DNA of 62,267 nt, filler included, from Syncephalis fuscata S228 (taxonomy: Eukaryota; Fungi; Zoopagomycota), in the NCBI GenBank assembly GCA_025786725.1. It is 4 parts of 4 records of this genome, joined end to end, with 100 filler letters (N's around TTAATTAATTAA, not from the genome) between each part and the next. Parts side by side here need not be neighbours in the genome. Positions count along the whole stretch, not along the records: positions 1 to 16,458 come from JAHLTZ010000201.1; 3 more parts are not named here. One strand, written 5' to 3'. The notes under the pieces are model-generated. The model was given only the letters and a program-made list of their open reading frames with translations. It ran no database searches and was not told where the DNA came from. A program made the translations under genes and the position numbers. Shown in pieces: positions 1-13,941 of the stretch. The first letter of the stretch is position 1. Each line of letters begins with the position of its first letter.

Positions 1-968
1 TTTATCCACTAGCCACCTTTCCACTTGCACTTGTTTCCATAAGTTCAGTATATGCTTTGCTTGCTATATGTCATTGTTAGTCTATTAGTATGAGCATGCC
101 TAGTCTCGGTACTACATACCGCCCTGCTGTATGGCGCCATACAGCAGTGCTAGCGGTATCGTTTTACCTTGTGGGCAGCTGCTAGTATGCTAACTATGAT
201 GGATATATGCTACTAAACAACATGCACTGTTCTCTTTCTCTTTCTCTTTCTCTTTCTCTTCCTCATTCTCTCTCTTTTCTTCTTCATTCTTTTCTTCATC
301 CTTCTTTTTTCTAACGTTCCATTACTTACCGTACTAGCAACAGTGTATGCTGGATATATGCTACCAAGCATATACTGTTCTTTTCTCACCCTCTCCTCAT
401 CATTTCCTCTATATCTTCCATTGCTCACCGTGCTAGCAATAGTGTGTTTAGCTATGGTAGTAGCATATGGTGGCACTCTGTACTGGCCATACAGCAGTGC
501 CATTATATGCACTGCCTGTAAACACCTGCTAGCACGATGTTGCATTGGCAGCTCTTCTTCTCTTTCCCTTTTCACTTTAACAAACCACTTACCGGTCCTT
601 CTTTATGATACACTGATTATGCAATGGTAAGTAACTAACTTAAATCAGTCACTAACTCTGCATATAATGCTTTAGATTTACAAGCCATCAAGTATCAAGT
701 TCAAGGACAATGACGATTAGTGTGTTAGCGGCCGGCTACCAATCAATATAACAATTGATGTTATATTGATGACTTTAGATTTAGATTACTAACTTACTAA
801 CCTGTATTGATAATTACAGCTTTATATTATAAATAAAAATCACCAAATTGTTTTAGTGTGCTAGCGGCCGGCTACACAACATTGCAACATACTAACTTTA
901 TATGTATTGTTTTAGATTTAGGTACTTGGACACTAACACTAACACTTGTTGATTATTATAGATTTTAG

Positions 969-2244
969 ATAGCCGAACACCGACACCAGTACCAACATCA
1001 GCACCAACACCAGTACCAGCACCAACAACACCAACAACACCAACATCGACATCAACACCAACACCAACACCAACACCAACACCAACACCGACATCGACAC
1101 CAACATCAACACCAACATCGGCGCCAACACTAGTACCAGCACCAACACCAACAACATCAACACCAACGCCAACACTGACATCAACACCAACACCAACATC
1201 GACACCAACACCAACACCAACATCAACACCAACACCAACATCGACACCAACATCAACACCAACATCAACACCAACATCGACACCAACATCGACACCAACA
1301 TCGGCGCCAACACCAGTACCAGCACCAACAACACCAGTACCAACACCAACAACATCAGCACCAACACCAGTACCAGCACCAACAACACCAACAACACCAA
1401 CATCGACATCAACACCAACACCAACACCAACACCGACACCAACACCGACATCGACACCAACATCAACACCAACATCGGCGCCAACACCAGTACCAGCACC
1501 AACAACACCAGTACCAACACCAACAACATCAGCACCAACACCTGTACCAGCATCAACAACACCAACATCGACACCAACAACACCAACACCAACAACATCA
1601 ACACCAACATCGGCGCCAACACCAGTACCAACACCAACAACATCGACACCAACATCGGCGCCAACACCAGTACCAGCACCAACAACACCAGTACCAACAC
1701 CAACAACATCAGCACCAACACCAGTACCAGCACCAACAACACCAACAACACCAACAACACCAACAACACCAACAACACCAACATCGACATCAACACCAAC
1801 ACCAACACCAACACCGACATCGACACCAACATCAACACCAACATCGGCGCCAACACCAGTACCAGCACCAACACCAACAACATCAACACCAACGCCAACA
1901 CCGACATCAACACCAACACCAACATCGACACCAACACCAACACCAACATCAACACCAACACCACATCGATACCAACATCAACACCACATCACACCAACAT
2001 CGACACCAACATCGGCGCCAACACCAGTACCAGCACCAACAACACCAGTACCAACACCAACAACATCAGCACCAACATCGGCGCCAACACCAGTACCAGC
2101 ACCAACAACATCAACACCAACACCAGTACCAACACCAACAACACCAACACCAACATCGGCACCAACACCAATACCAGCACCAACAACACCAACAACATCA
2201 ACACCGGCACCAACACTAACATTATTATTGTTATTTAGATTTTA
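969..2244 (+). repeat. ~1.25-kb ACC/AAC-rich low-complexity repeat; possibly a Pro/Thr-rich (mucin/extensin-like) coding exon
   Basis: Tandem degenerate units such as ccaaca/ccagta/tcgaca. After a TTTTAG acceptor at 968, one + frame reads [21 protein letters not shown]..., with variation mostly as CCA/CCG, ACA, GCA/GCG, TCA/TCG. Two 1-nt deletions near 1963 and 1986 shift the frame. Confidence 0.6.
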
Positions 2245-2890
2245 GATCGCCGGCCATGGACACATTAATGTAAGTATTATTATTATAAATAGCCGGCCGC
2301 TAGCACACTGAAACCAAATATAAAATATAAATTCAGGACAATTGTCTACTAACGTACTAACATTGTATTTATTATTTTAGCATTGTAGGTAGCCGGCCGC
2401 TAACACACTAATTGCCATTTTAAGTAAGTAAGTAATGTGATAAAGCAGTTGTAGCAGTATCCATCATAATTTGTATGTGGTGGTATACCGCCACCAATAA
2501 ACGGTGGTATACCATCACAACAATAGCAACAATAGCAACAATAGCAACTTCACAAGTACTTGATGTGACATCATCAAGACTAATTGATACTATTGCTATC
2601 AATTAACAGCAAGATTAAAAAAGAAATATTGGATCAATTAATAATATATTATTTATTGGTAATATCAAACAATAATAAGTTTGATATTACCAAACAATAT
2701 CAGAGCAAAGCATTAAATAAAAGCACATAGCTACTAAATAAGTAGATGCAAAGGTTTATACTTTTGCATCTCTTAATCAACAACAATCAATACAATATAG
2801 TTTATTGTATTTAATAATGTTAATTGTAATAATAAATATTATACAATTAGTATATTTATACATATTAGCTACTCATCATTAAGTAATTAA

Positions 2891-3629
2891 TCTACTGAGC
2901 ATGATGATGGGTGATGAATGACATCACTCATCAAATACTCGTCATCATAGATTCGTTATCCAGTATGCATATATCCACCATTTACCTATATCATTCCCAT
3001 TCTGTCCCACACTACTATGTATCATTCTACGATACACTAGACACATTTTATTGTTTATACGCGGCAATATACTTTGCTCATTCCACTCATTCCACTATAC
3101 ACACTGTAGCTTTAACATGGTTTCATATGCTTTCTTACCATACACTTACCATTCTATATATCATTTATACTCATCTAGTCCTCCTCTATCCAAATCTGAT
3201 TTTATTTTTGTTCTAGCTTTATTATTAATAAAAGTTGACTAATTCCGCTCATTGATCATGCATATATGCTCATTAACTTTAACACAGCTATTCGTCATTT
3301 CACATCGTATATTCTTTATATTGCATATAATTTTATTGTCTAGTATATGTGCGCTAGCTATTGCAGTTATTTTTTGTTCTAGCTTTATTGTTAACAAAGT
3401 TCGACCAATGTCGGTCATCTGCTTATTAGATTATATTTATTTATTTATTTATTTTAAGCTCATAGCAAACAGAATGCGTTCAGTATGTTATCAAATAATA
3501 TGAATAGTATGAAATAGAATGGAAATAATGCAAGTAAATGGTGGATATATGCATACTGGATAATAAAGCTACAATGATGAGTATTTGATAATTGATGTCA
3601 CTCACCGCCCATCATCATGTTCAATAGAT
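2891..3629. mobile_element. MITE-like element with ~110-130-bp imperfect terminal inverted repeats
   Basis: Left end tctactgagcatgatgatggg...atcaaatactc...tccagtatgcatatatccaccatttac matches the reverse complement of ~3517-3629. A related copy starts at ~7208, with shorter remnants near 11538, 23739 and 47600. Confidence 0.65.
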
Positions 3630-3806
3630 CGGGCGTTATTAAAAATAGTCATTTAACATCAAATCATATTAAACTATTAATAAATAGTACCTACTATCGT
3701 TCAATGCGGACAAAGATCAATCACCAATTAAATGCATTCAATTACTTCATAATTAATTGCAAATAAAAACAACTATATTAATGTAACTAATAATAAGATT
3801 TATAAT

Positions 3807-6800
3807 CTAACATTCGTTTCGAGTACATTCCCGTAAAAGAAAAGCGGCAATATCTGCATCACTCCAGTAGTTAAAATGAACCTGCAATCCAGTTAAATAT
3901 TCGTTCTCAAGTACGCCTTCTTGTAAACACCAGTCTACTCGACCAGAGTAATTTAACTGCTGCAGTAATATTCGAGGATCGGTAGACATCACAGCTGTTC
4001 TTTCTTTACGGCCTTCGTTATCGTTAACATCCGTATTATCGTCATCTGTCGCTTCCTTTGCTTCCTTTGCCTCCTTGCCTAGTGATTTGAAAATACTAAC
4101 CGCGCGTATACTTGTCCGCATCGTGGCAAACATTGTACTGGCCCGCCCAGCAATACCCGATCCCACCTCTTGCATACCGAGATGTAGACCGCGTAGACCG
4201 CCCTTTGTATACGGTATGGGCTTGGGCGTTGACCGTGTATGACTTGGATCGACCAATGGTTCAATTCGATAAGAAATAGGATCGGCTCGGTGATAAATAT
4301 TGTATAGATTTTCAATAAGTGGCTGTGCAAGCTGTGTATGTGGCAATCCATCAGGACCAAGGCGCGAGCCTAGTCCAGAGCCATCCGACCCACTCGTATA
4401 TGCATAGTGCATACTGCCATCAGGGCCGCGTGGACGTAGTGCACTGCCTTTAAGCAGTAGAAATAGACCAATGGGTGATCCAAGGGCAAATAAATTATTG
4501 ACTGGAAATTCCAGTAATGGCAATGCCACCCGTGAAGATCTGTTTGTAGCAATTGAATCAGCAATCGATGTCTGTTTACTATGGACTGATTTGCTTCGTT
4601 GAGCCACATGTCCTCTTAGCTGCATCCATGCTTCGGCACGTGATCGTTGCGCGCACAATATATCAAATGAAAGTACCGATCCTAACGAATGACCAAGTAT
4701 TGATATTTGTCCACCATTAAGTAAAAAGTTTGGATTGCGTCGTATAAATAGTCGATAAATACGATTTACTTCATCAATAAGTGCTTCATACATTTGTCGC
4801 CGATATTTAGGTGTCATATATAATAAAACTAGATAACTGTTACTATTGATTATGCAATATTAGTCATGCTATTACTTACCATCAAGAAGTACATCAGATA
4901 CAAGTGTTCTAATTGCTGGTATGCCATCCAATGTAATACCCGATAAACTGGGCAGTGATGCATATCCTCTGTTTTGTGCTGCCAATAAACGGCGTTGTGC
5001 TCTTCTCTGCCTACGCTTTGCTTTATTGTCGGCAGATTTACGGCTTACACTGCCTCCAAATAAATCGCCATCACTACTATCATCAGTATCGTTATAATTA
5101 TGCTGAGCATCTTGTATTGCTGTATTGTTATTTTCTTCTTTCTTTAGCTGACCATCTTGAATAGTATTATTGTCTTCTTCTTCGTTGTCGTCGTCTTCGT
5201 CGTCTTCTTCATCATCGATATCAACAGCATCCATACCAACGCCGCCAAACATACCATCGCCCATAGAGTATTCACCACCTGCACCAAAATTAATTTTATG
5301 TCGCCATTCTACTGGTAATACTTGTACACCACGACCTAAAATTAGATCTGGATCATTGGGTGTTTTCTTATTAGGACCGGTATAAGATGCTGCAGTGGTA
5401 GCTGGATCTTTCATTCCTTGTCGAAGTATATTGCAGTCATTTACAATACTTACAAGATCCGTTTTTTCACCTAGCTTTTGGCCAATTCTAATAATAGTCA
5501 ATTAATTAATACAAAACACGCTAATTAAATATTGTATTTACCCATGAACAACCAAAATAAGATGTTCAATCTTTCTATCTCGTTTCTTCGATTTATCTTC
5601 ATCTGTTTTATCAGATGTAGTGTCGTTACTAACACCACTATTACCAGTTATGGTTGTCGCAGTATTTAATGATGAAATATCATCAAGCTCGTCTTGTAGG
5701 CCAATAGGACGAATTGCGCTACTATCGATAGTCGTTGTTCGTGTAATCTTGTCCCTCTTTAGCTTATCGGCCTTTTGTGTTAAACGTTCAACCTCATCCC
5801 AGCCTCGTACTAATTTTATGCCACCCATATTCTCTCCTTTTGTGAATTTGGCTACAATGGTTTCGGCAAATTTGCCACTTAATAGCCATGCACCACATGT
5901 GGCTGTAAATATAACCGACTGTCCCATATACGGGCCTAGTAAAGGCCATTTGGGTAAAAATGGTCCATTAGTAATATTAGGGGTAATCCATTGTTAGTGC
6001 CAGCATTTGAGGCACTCATTGGCGGTGCTGTAGCCGATGATGACATTATTGGTGCATGATTAATATGTGGGCTATCTTGTACAGGTGCCCGTGGCAGCTC
6101 GACGTATAGTTCCATTGGCACTCGTGTCAAACTCGAGTAGCCATGGTCGATGTTTTCTATAATCATGTTATTAAGCGATGACACTACCTGTCAAGTTTGC
6201 CCACTTACAAATAGCCATCTTCAATTTGTCGAGCCAGATTTTCTTCACAGGGTTCATATTTGTTGCCTACGAGTTGGAACCAAAGTGCGCGACGAACCTC
6301 ATACGCATTGCCGCGCCAATACACTGGCCGTAATAGACGAGCACGAATATCAACTTCAAACAGTCGATCTTCCTGTACTTCGATTAGTGGTGATCTATCT
6401 TCGCTGCGTGCATCGGCTCGAGCAGCCGTCGATTGCTGATAGGCCGCTTCAAGTTCACGGGAATCTTCGTCAGTGAATGGTTCCCAGTTCGTGGGACGTG
6501 GCTGTTTGTCCGCCACCGGAGATGGTGCCGCTGCCGAAGCTGCTGCTGCTGCTGCTGCTTGTGCACTGGTTTCTGTTGCACTGGCTGCTACAGCTGCTGC
6601 TGCCGCTGCCGCTGCTGTCGCCGTAGTTGTTGAAGGCGATGCTACACTGGATAGTGTTATTGTCGCTGGCTGTGATTGCGATGAAGACGGTGGTGATGAA
6701 GCATTAGATTTGGAGGCAGTGGCAGTTGCATTGGTAGCTTTGCTTTGCGATACTTGTTTTGCTTGTCCGGAATGCGGTCGAGGTGCATCTGTAGCAAAAA

Positions 6801-6852
6801 ACCACCGAGGCTGTACAACTGGTGGCGTGCCCGATGTTGTCTCGAACGTCAT
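3807..6852 (-). CDS. DDHD-domain phospholipase A1 (DDL1/YOR022C, DDHD1/2-like), multi-exon
   Basis: GHSLG lipase motif. DDHD-type segments FALGSPIGLFLLL, NLYNIYHRADPISYRIEPL and HFNYWSDAD. N-terminal VQEDRLFEVD...PVYWRG...EVRRALWF and HLILVVHG. ATG at 6852 (MTFETTSG). Exon boundaries around 5930-6210 are uncertain because of indels. Confidence 0.9.
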
Positions 6853-7038
6853 CAGGTTTAGCGACAAGAAACAGCAGGCTGTGCAGTATAGAAACAAAAA
6901 TAGATAAAAAGAATAGTATTGAATAAAAGAAAAGGTCACACAAACAGTTGTTTTATATCAAGATCTTAGTGATAATAATCAACTAGTTAACTTATTCATA
7001 TTGACATTATTACACTAATGATAAATAGTTTATTAGTA

Positions 7039-7700
7039 GACTCATGTGATTTAATGTCAAAAGCCTAAAATTGATATCCTTTACTTGATTAAACTACACA
7101 TTTGTTGTTCTATTGAACATGGGAACAAGTGGCGAGTTTGATTATCGTCGCATTATTACATTTATTGTTATTTGTGGTTAAATGGCTAATATTTAATAAT
7201 ATTGAATCGATTGAACATGATGCTGGGTGGTGAGTGACATCAGTCATCAAATACTCATCAGCATAGATTCGTTATCCAGTATGCTATATCCACCATTTAC
7301 TTGCGTTATTCCCATTCTGTTCACGCTACTATGTATTGTTCTATACCATATTGGGTATATTATATTGTTTATATGTTCTAATAAACCTCATTAAGTCTAC
7401 TCATTGCGTTATATGCATTATAAATTTACATCACTTTTTATGCTTTCTTACAGTACATTTTCATTTTATATATCATTCTATACTTGAATAGCCTTTCTCT
7501 ATCCCAAACTATTTCTATTTTGTTCTAGTTTTATTAGTAATGACTAATTCATTCATTGATCATGCAATATACTCATAACTTACATTGCTAATCTCGTTTA
7601 ATATTGCATACTCATTATAATGTATACTATCTATTACATATTGGCTATGTGATATCTAGTGCTGTTGTCTGTTTGGTTCCGGCTTTATACTATAAGCTTG
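7039..7700 (+). repeat. Dispersed intergenic repeats: a gactcatgtgat...ctattgaacatgg module plus a second copy of the MITE-like arm
   Basis: 7039-7140 matches 18783-18882 and the reverse complement of ~45907-46008. 7208-7700 matches 2891-3400. Confidence 0.7.
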
Positions 7701-9326
7701 GTCATTGTACTTAACATTGAGCTATCGGTAAAACAATATTAGAGGTATGTGTAACTTTTGGTTATTAAAAGTATTTAGCACTTTGATTATTGATGGCTAA
7801 TTAGGGACGAATTAGTTGATGGCAGTTAGCTATAACTTTGATTGTTTAAAATAAATAATGGATAAAAACATGTGTTTTGTTAAAATATTTAAAGCAAGTA
7901 AAGAATAGGCTATATATTATACTGTGTATCGGGCCTAATGTTTGTTGATAAAAGTTATTCTACTAAAGTTACATTAGCAAGAATATATATGAGATATGTA
8001 ATAGCAAATAGACAATTATAAGCAGACACATACAGAGCAATAGGCATACATGCTGTATCAATAACAAGCAGTAAGTATATGATCAGCTATTTATTATAAA
8101 TACTTTTTATAAGTTTTTAATCGTAAATATGGTTGTATACAATATGACAGTGAATAAACAACTGAATTTTATTGAATATTGCTTATTTCCATGTTACTCA
8201 GAAATAATATTTAATTACATAGCTATAGCAGAAAAGTGACTGGAAGTGGTCGACTAGTAATAGTATTGCTGAAATACTATATCTGCTTTATTATTTTTAT
8301 TAAATTGGGCGTAAACATGACCTGGGTGTGTAACCTAACGCAGACTTAGATTGTAACCTGTTATTTTATCAAGTCATTACTGTTGAATCATTACACAACA
8401 GGAGAGTACTGATTGACATGCATGAACTGCTGCTGTACACTCGCTTGATTGTATCTGATTGAGGCAGCCTGATAGACATAGCCCAATGTCTTTATGTAGA
8501 GCTACATGCCATTTGGTCAGTTTACGTTGCTTTGGTGCTGAGAAATAAACGGTACTGGTGATAGAAGTAATGATTTTATCAAAATGTATATGATTAACAG
8601 GCAGTAAGAAATTAAAACAACCCTGATCAATAGTAGAACTTACATTAGCATTGATAATGTTTTGCTAAAATAAACCATTCATTTCTGTGGCAAGCCACAT
8701 GCTAACGCATATGCAACCAATCAATAACTTTCATAGCTCAGAATATAATCAGTTTTATGACACACAGTAATTCTGTAAGACCAAGGCCTAATGCAATTAG
8801 CGTTGCTACTGTATTGATGCTTTACGTTTGTTTAAATACATAAAAATACTGAGATTGAAGCTGTCGTTGAAGCAACAGCAAAGACACAACGATACATCTC
8901 CCTGTTTTTTTTAGAACCAATAGATTTAATTAGCGTCACATGGTCGAATGCATAATAGCACAGTACTAGTTTTACGCAAACCTCTATCATACATTTATTA
9001 GATGATGATATTGCTACATTCATTCGTGCCAACGCTGAGCAGGTTAGAATAAAGACCTGACTACAAATTATCATACCATCAGTGTGCTGGTATGCACGTG
9101 CTTCAACCACCGTATGGACGTGTTCTTATGATTTAATTGCATTTTAATGGTATAGTCCATGCAACGCAGTGTATATGGTATATTAGCATAACCATGGACT
9201 TAAATAGGCCACAGTGTACGCAAAACTAACAAGTGTTGTCATCATCACACGCCATTTTCTACCGAATACTCACTGCTACCAAACTTTGTTCATTCTATTT
9301 GTTTGCCTTAACAATTTAATATCAAC

Positions 9327-10594
9327 ATGAAGCTTTTTATTGCCGTCGTTTGCACCATTATCATGGCTCTTGTGGCCATACAGCCATGGTAGATGCTAAT
9401 CCAACTCTAGCCCGTCGTGTATGTTGCAATCACAATAATATTCAAGTGTTATGTTTAACTAACATGGTACTAGTGGTAAGTCGTGATGATGGATCATTGT
9501 TTTGGTACTCACTATATGTTGTTATACACATAATAAATGCTATAACACATGTAAATAGCCCGTAAGTTTGAGCATACATGATTATTGATGTTTTGCTAAC
9601 CATTGCTCATTAATTAAATAAATAATATAGAATTATTAGCTAAGAGTACGTTTAACATAAAACAATAATAAAGCCCATTCAGATGCTAAATACCAATCTA
9701 TATTAAAGGAGGTATTTGCAATAACATTAACTAGTTTTTAGTTAACTAAACAATGTTTATGCTGCTAAATTGGCTTTGCTAGCTAGTAAGTGGCATTTTA
9801 TATCAGCCAACTATATACTAATCATATGCCTCGCATCGCTTGTGTCTAATGACCTATATATAGCTTGTAAGTAATTTTTAATCAACCAACTATATATTAA
9901 TCATATGACACGCACCGTGTGCCTAATAACTCTTAATAGGTCGTAAGTAATATTGTATATCAACTAACTATATACTAAGCATATATTATATATGTTGTGT
10001 GTTTGATAACTTGTGTTGATAGGACGTAAGTGACATTGGATAGTAGTTAACTAGATACTAATCATATACCGCGCATTGTGTGTGTCTAATGACCTATATA
10101 ATAGCTCGTAAGTGGCATTGCATATTAGCTAACCACATACTAATCATATACCGCACATCGTGTGTGCCTAATAATCTATATAATAGTTTGTAAGTGATTT
10201 TTATTAATTTAACTAACTATATGTTAATCATATGACACACATCGCGTGTCTAATAACTCATATGAATAGGTCGTAAGTGGCATTGAATATTAAATATTTG
10301 TATATTGAGTGTATACCATATACATTGTGTGTTTAATAACTTGTATTAATAGGTCATAAGTGGTATTGTATATTAGCTAGGTATATACTAACCATATACT
10401 ATGCATTGTGTGCATCTAATGACCTATATAATAGGCTGTAAGTAAAATTTTAATTAACCAAATATATATTAATTGTATGACACGCAACGTGTGTGTCTAA
10501 TAACTCGTGTTAATAGGTTGTAAGTGGCGTGTATATTAACCAATTATATATTAATCATGTGATATGTGTTATATCTGCTTATAAACATAAATAA
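9327..10594 (+). CDS. Micro-exon secreted peptide gene, copy B (possibly degenerate)
   Basis: Exon 1 MKLFIAVVCTIIMALVA-TAMVDANPTLARR (1-nt deletion), followed by 14 micro-exons between AG and GT signals. A phase-1 read of the distal exons gives KRATCRPLCRRC-stop. The 3' flank is homologous to copy A. One donor is ATAAGT and the final AG is missing. Confidence 0.7.
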
Positions 10595-12739
10595 CCAATA
10601 CTTTCAAGGCATTAGCATTGGTAATCTAATCAAATTGCTAGTTCAAACTTTAGGTATATATTCGGCAAAAAGCAAGGCCATTCGATAACTGCCGTCCAGT
10701 CTATTTATACATCAAGTTTTAGCCAATGCTTCGGCTTATTCACTATTTAATCAATGGTATCAGCATATTATCAACAAGCTTGCAATTGGCCGTTCCTACT
10801 CAACTATGCAAAATTGTAGTAATAAAACATGGTTCCATTTAATTTAATTTAATTACTCATTATAGCTATGCTCGTGCTTTATTTGTATTCAGCAATCAGC
10901 AAACATTAACCAAATATTTACTGTTATTATGTATTGATAAATAACATAGATATACACGTGTTAATAATTAACCTGACTAATGACGCAATCAAGTAATCAA
11001 TGCCGAAGCATGTGTTGATGATGGCCATCGATTTTGTCAATCTCTTCTATACTGTCTTGTGATGAACGCAAAAAAAGAACGACGTGCATTAAAAAACAGC
11101 ATAGGCAAGATAAGAAAGCACGAAAACAATGCAAAGCCAGAAGTCAGCGTAAATGTAAAAAGATGGTAAACTACTAGTGATACTGTGTCAGCCTTATAAT
11201 AGCCAAACTAGGCAAACTGTATAGCTTGTCAGATGCTTACTTATAACGTGTTAGATTGATTGCCATGAATTAAGTAATGGTATCAGTGGACTTTATAACT
11301 TGTAGTCAGTACCTTACCTTCTTGAGTATATGGTAATGCTTCTCACCATTATGTAGAATTTGGCCGCTATAATTTAGATTTGACTGATCTAGAAGTAAAG
11401 TCTGTATTTATTAGTTAACTGTCTATTTATGTCATAGCTATTACATTAAAATTAAACAATTTATTAACCATTTAGTACGATTCAATGATCAAATGAATCC
11501 ATTCAATAATATTCGCGTGATTGAACTAGACATCTGTTCTATTGACCATGACGCTGTGTGGTGAGTGACATCAGCCATCAAAATGCTTATTATTTAGATT
11601 TAGCATCATTTTTTACATGGCATACCACGTTTTTCTATCAATTCTCTTTCATTTTTGGCCTTGAGATCCCTGAACCGATGTAGTCGAAAGTAGCCGTGTC
11701 ACAGTCACATCACGGCCATGCTACCTGTTCGTTATACATTCATCCGCTGAAATGCATGCCACCTATCGCGCACTCTCCTTTTGTATTCCGCAGTCAGCCA
11801 TGTATGTCTTAGCCAATAAACTGGCGAATACGGCTTCCCTCAATGAATAACAATAAAAGATTCAGACTAATGTGCTGCAAACATTCGCATTAAACTTTTA
11901 TTATTCATATAAGCATGCTAGCAGAACTGGTTCACTTATTTACGAATAAAATAATGCGGATAACCTTGGCTTTCAGTTTACACTACCTACTCTAGATGTA
12001 TCTAACTTGAATGATGGTCTAACCGGAATTTCGATTTATACACATGCATTGGGGAGGGGCACGCGCACTTACTTGTCCACCTGTCTGCCATGCCATCGCC
12101 TATTCGACGAGTGACAGACGAGTGAAAAACCACTAATTTGTCAACTGTCCAGCCATGTGCACAGCACTTGGCACATGGTCAGTTTAAGCCTTGTGGCCGT
12201 TGTAGTGTGATGGCCAGCAATAGCAATGGCAACAACATCATAATGACTATTGCCATCCTTATTATCCCTGTTTCATTTATGTTGTTGCTGCTCTATTACA
12301 CGCACGCACACATCTCTATCTATTGTTACTTGTTCACACTCCTTTTACTCCACATTCTTTGATTTGCCACTACTATTACTCTTGTTCCCGTATATTTCAC
12401 CATTTTACTGCTCATACGTTCTGTCCCCTTAATTCGTCTCCTTTTTTGGGTGTGTCTTTTGATAACTTGTTGTCGACGACCTTTGGCGCGCTTGTGCGTT
12501 TCTCCTTTCTATTGACTACGATATAACACCTAAGCCATTGCTACTACCTTTATATAATCATCGTCCTTTGTTTTTAGATAACAACAACAACAGTATAATA
12601 ATAATAATAGCCGTAAATATTCAAGTAAGTATCAATTGACTAGTGAGGTGCAGTGACGATTGCTGTTATCCTATCCACATGCTGGCCTGAAACAATAGGG
12701 CAGTATTCTTGTATTTAAGCAAATTGTTGAATAACACTG

Positions 12740-12740
12740 G

Positions 12741-12772
<32 letters not shown>
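12740..12772. repeat. (GAT)n microsatellite
   Basis: gatgatgat... about 10 units, seen directly. Confidence 0.9.
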
Positions 12773-13941
12773 CGGTAGCACTGATAGAATATTGTTTTTG
12801 ACAGTCATAAACAGTCAATAATTCACTATATCTCTATTTATATCATTACCTATCTATTCGCGCTTTTTTTATTTTCGTGCTTAAATGGCGGCTATAATGG
12901 TTAGTCTATGGATTGCGTATGTCCTTGCCTATCGAATGCACGGGCACACTTGTTATTCTACAGGATATCAGCCGCCTTGAAACGAATTAACGGGCCTATT
13001 ATGGCCATAATTGACTGACCACACTCAGTTCTATTGTATGCCTGCATGGCATGCTGCATGGGTGTATGGTTTCATCACATGGCTGCTCTATCGCATGTTT
13101 TCACTTTGCTGTTTGATCTACATATCGCGTATATTATTTTGAGGTCAATGACTTTTCTCTTTTCCCGCACCTTTTGTTCAATTGCTACACACACACACAC
13201 ACACGTCTATTATTGTCGTTTATTTGTTCTTTCCATTTACGTAGCAGTGTTAACACTATTAGCCAGTCTACTGAACTGTGCTCTTTTCTACTTGTTTAGA
13301 TTGTTTTATACTACAAGTAGTTACTATCTTTTACTATAAGCCTTCTCATCAGCTCCTCCTTCTTTCTATACAGTGTGTGTATTGTGTGTATTGTTTGTTG
13401 GCGTGCGTAGTTGTAAGTTATATTACAAAGTATTAATATGGTAATTTATTTTATTATCATTTTAGGCTGTACTTGATATTTTTGAGTTCAAACAACTTAG
13501 TAAACATATTCTATTCCAGGTTACGTCTACTAGCATCTGCAGCAATTGCACGGTTTCAACTACTCAAGATCTTAACGTACGTATTTGTGCAAAGTGGGTT
13601 GAGTGGAGATATTCCATACTTGTCACCTAGTTCTAGTTGAAAGGACATCGGATCAGTAGTGCTACTTGCCGAGCATATTTGTTGGCTCAGTTTGACGTTT
13701 GAAGCTCCGATACGCTGCTTACTCGGTGAGCCTGTTTCGGTCTACTGCTTGCTTATTGATACAAGGCCGAGAAAAGCGCGCTTCACTATAAATAATTCGT
13801 GTTCTTTTTGTCGCACTATTTTATTCCTTGCTTTTGTGCGCTTTAGCTTAAGACCTTGTACATCTTTATTAACCAACCATTATATATTTAGTTTACCAGA
13901 TTTCGTTTATTGTACGCTATTGAAACAGCTATTGTAATACA

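Noticed and set aside
939-2222. 341-aa and 77-aa Val/Leu/Met ORFs on the minus strand
   Set aside because: Antisense shadow of the ACC/AAC repeat; the uninterrupted hydrophobic composition is implausible as a protein.
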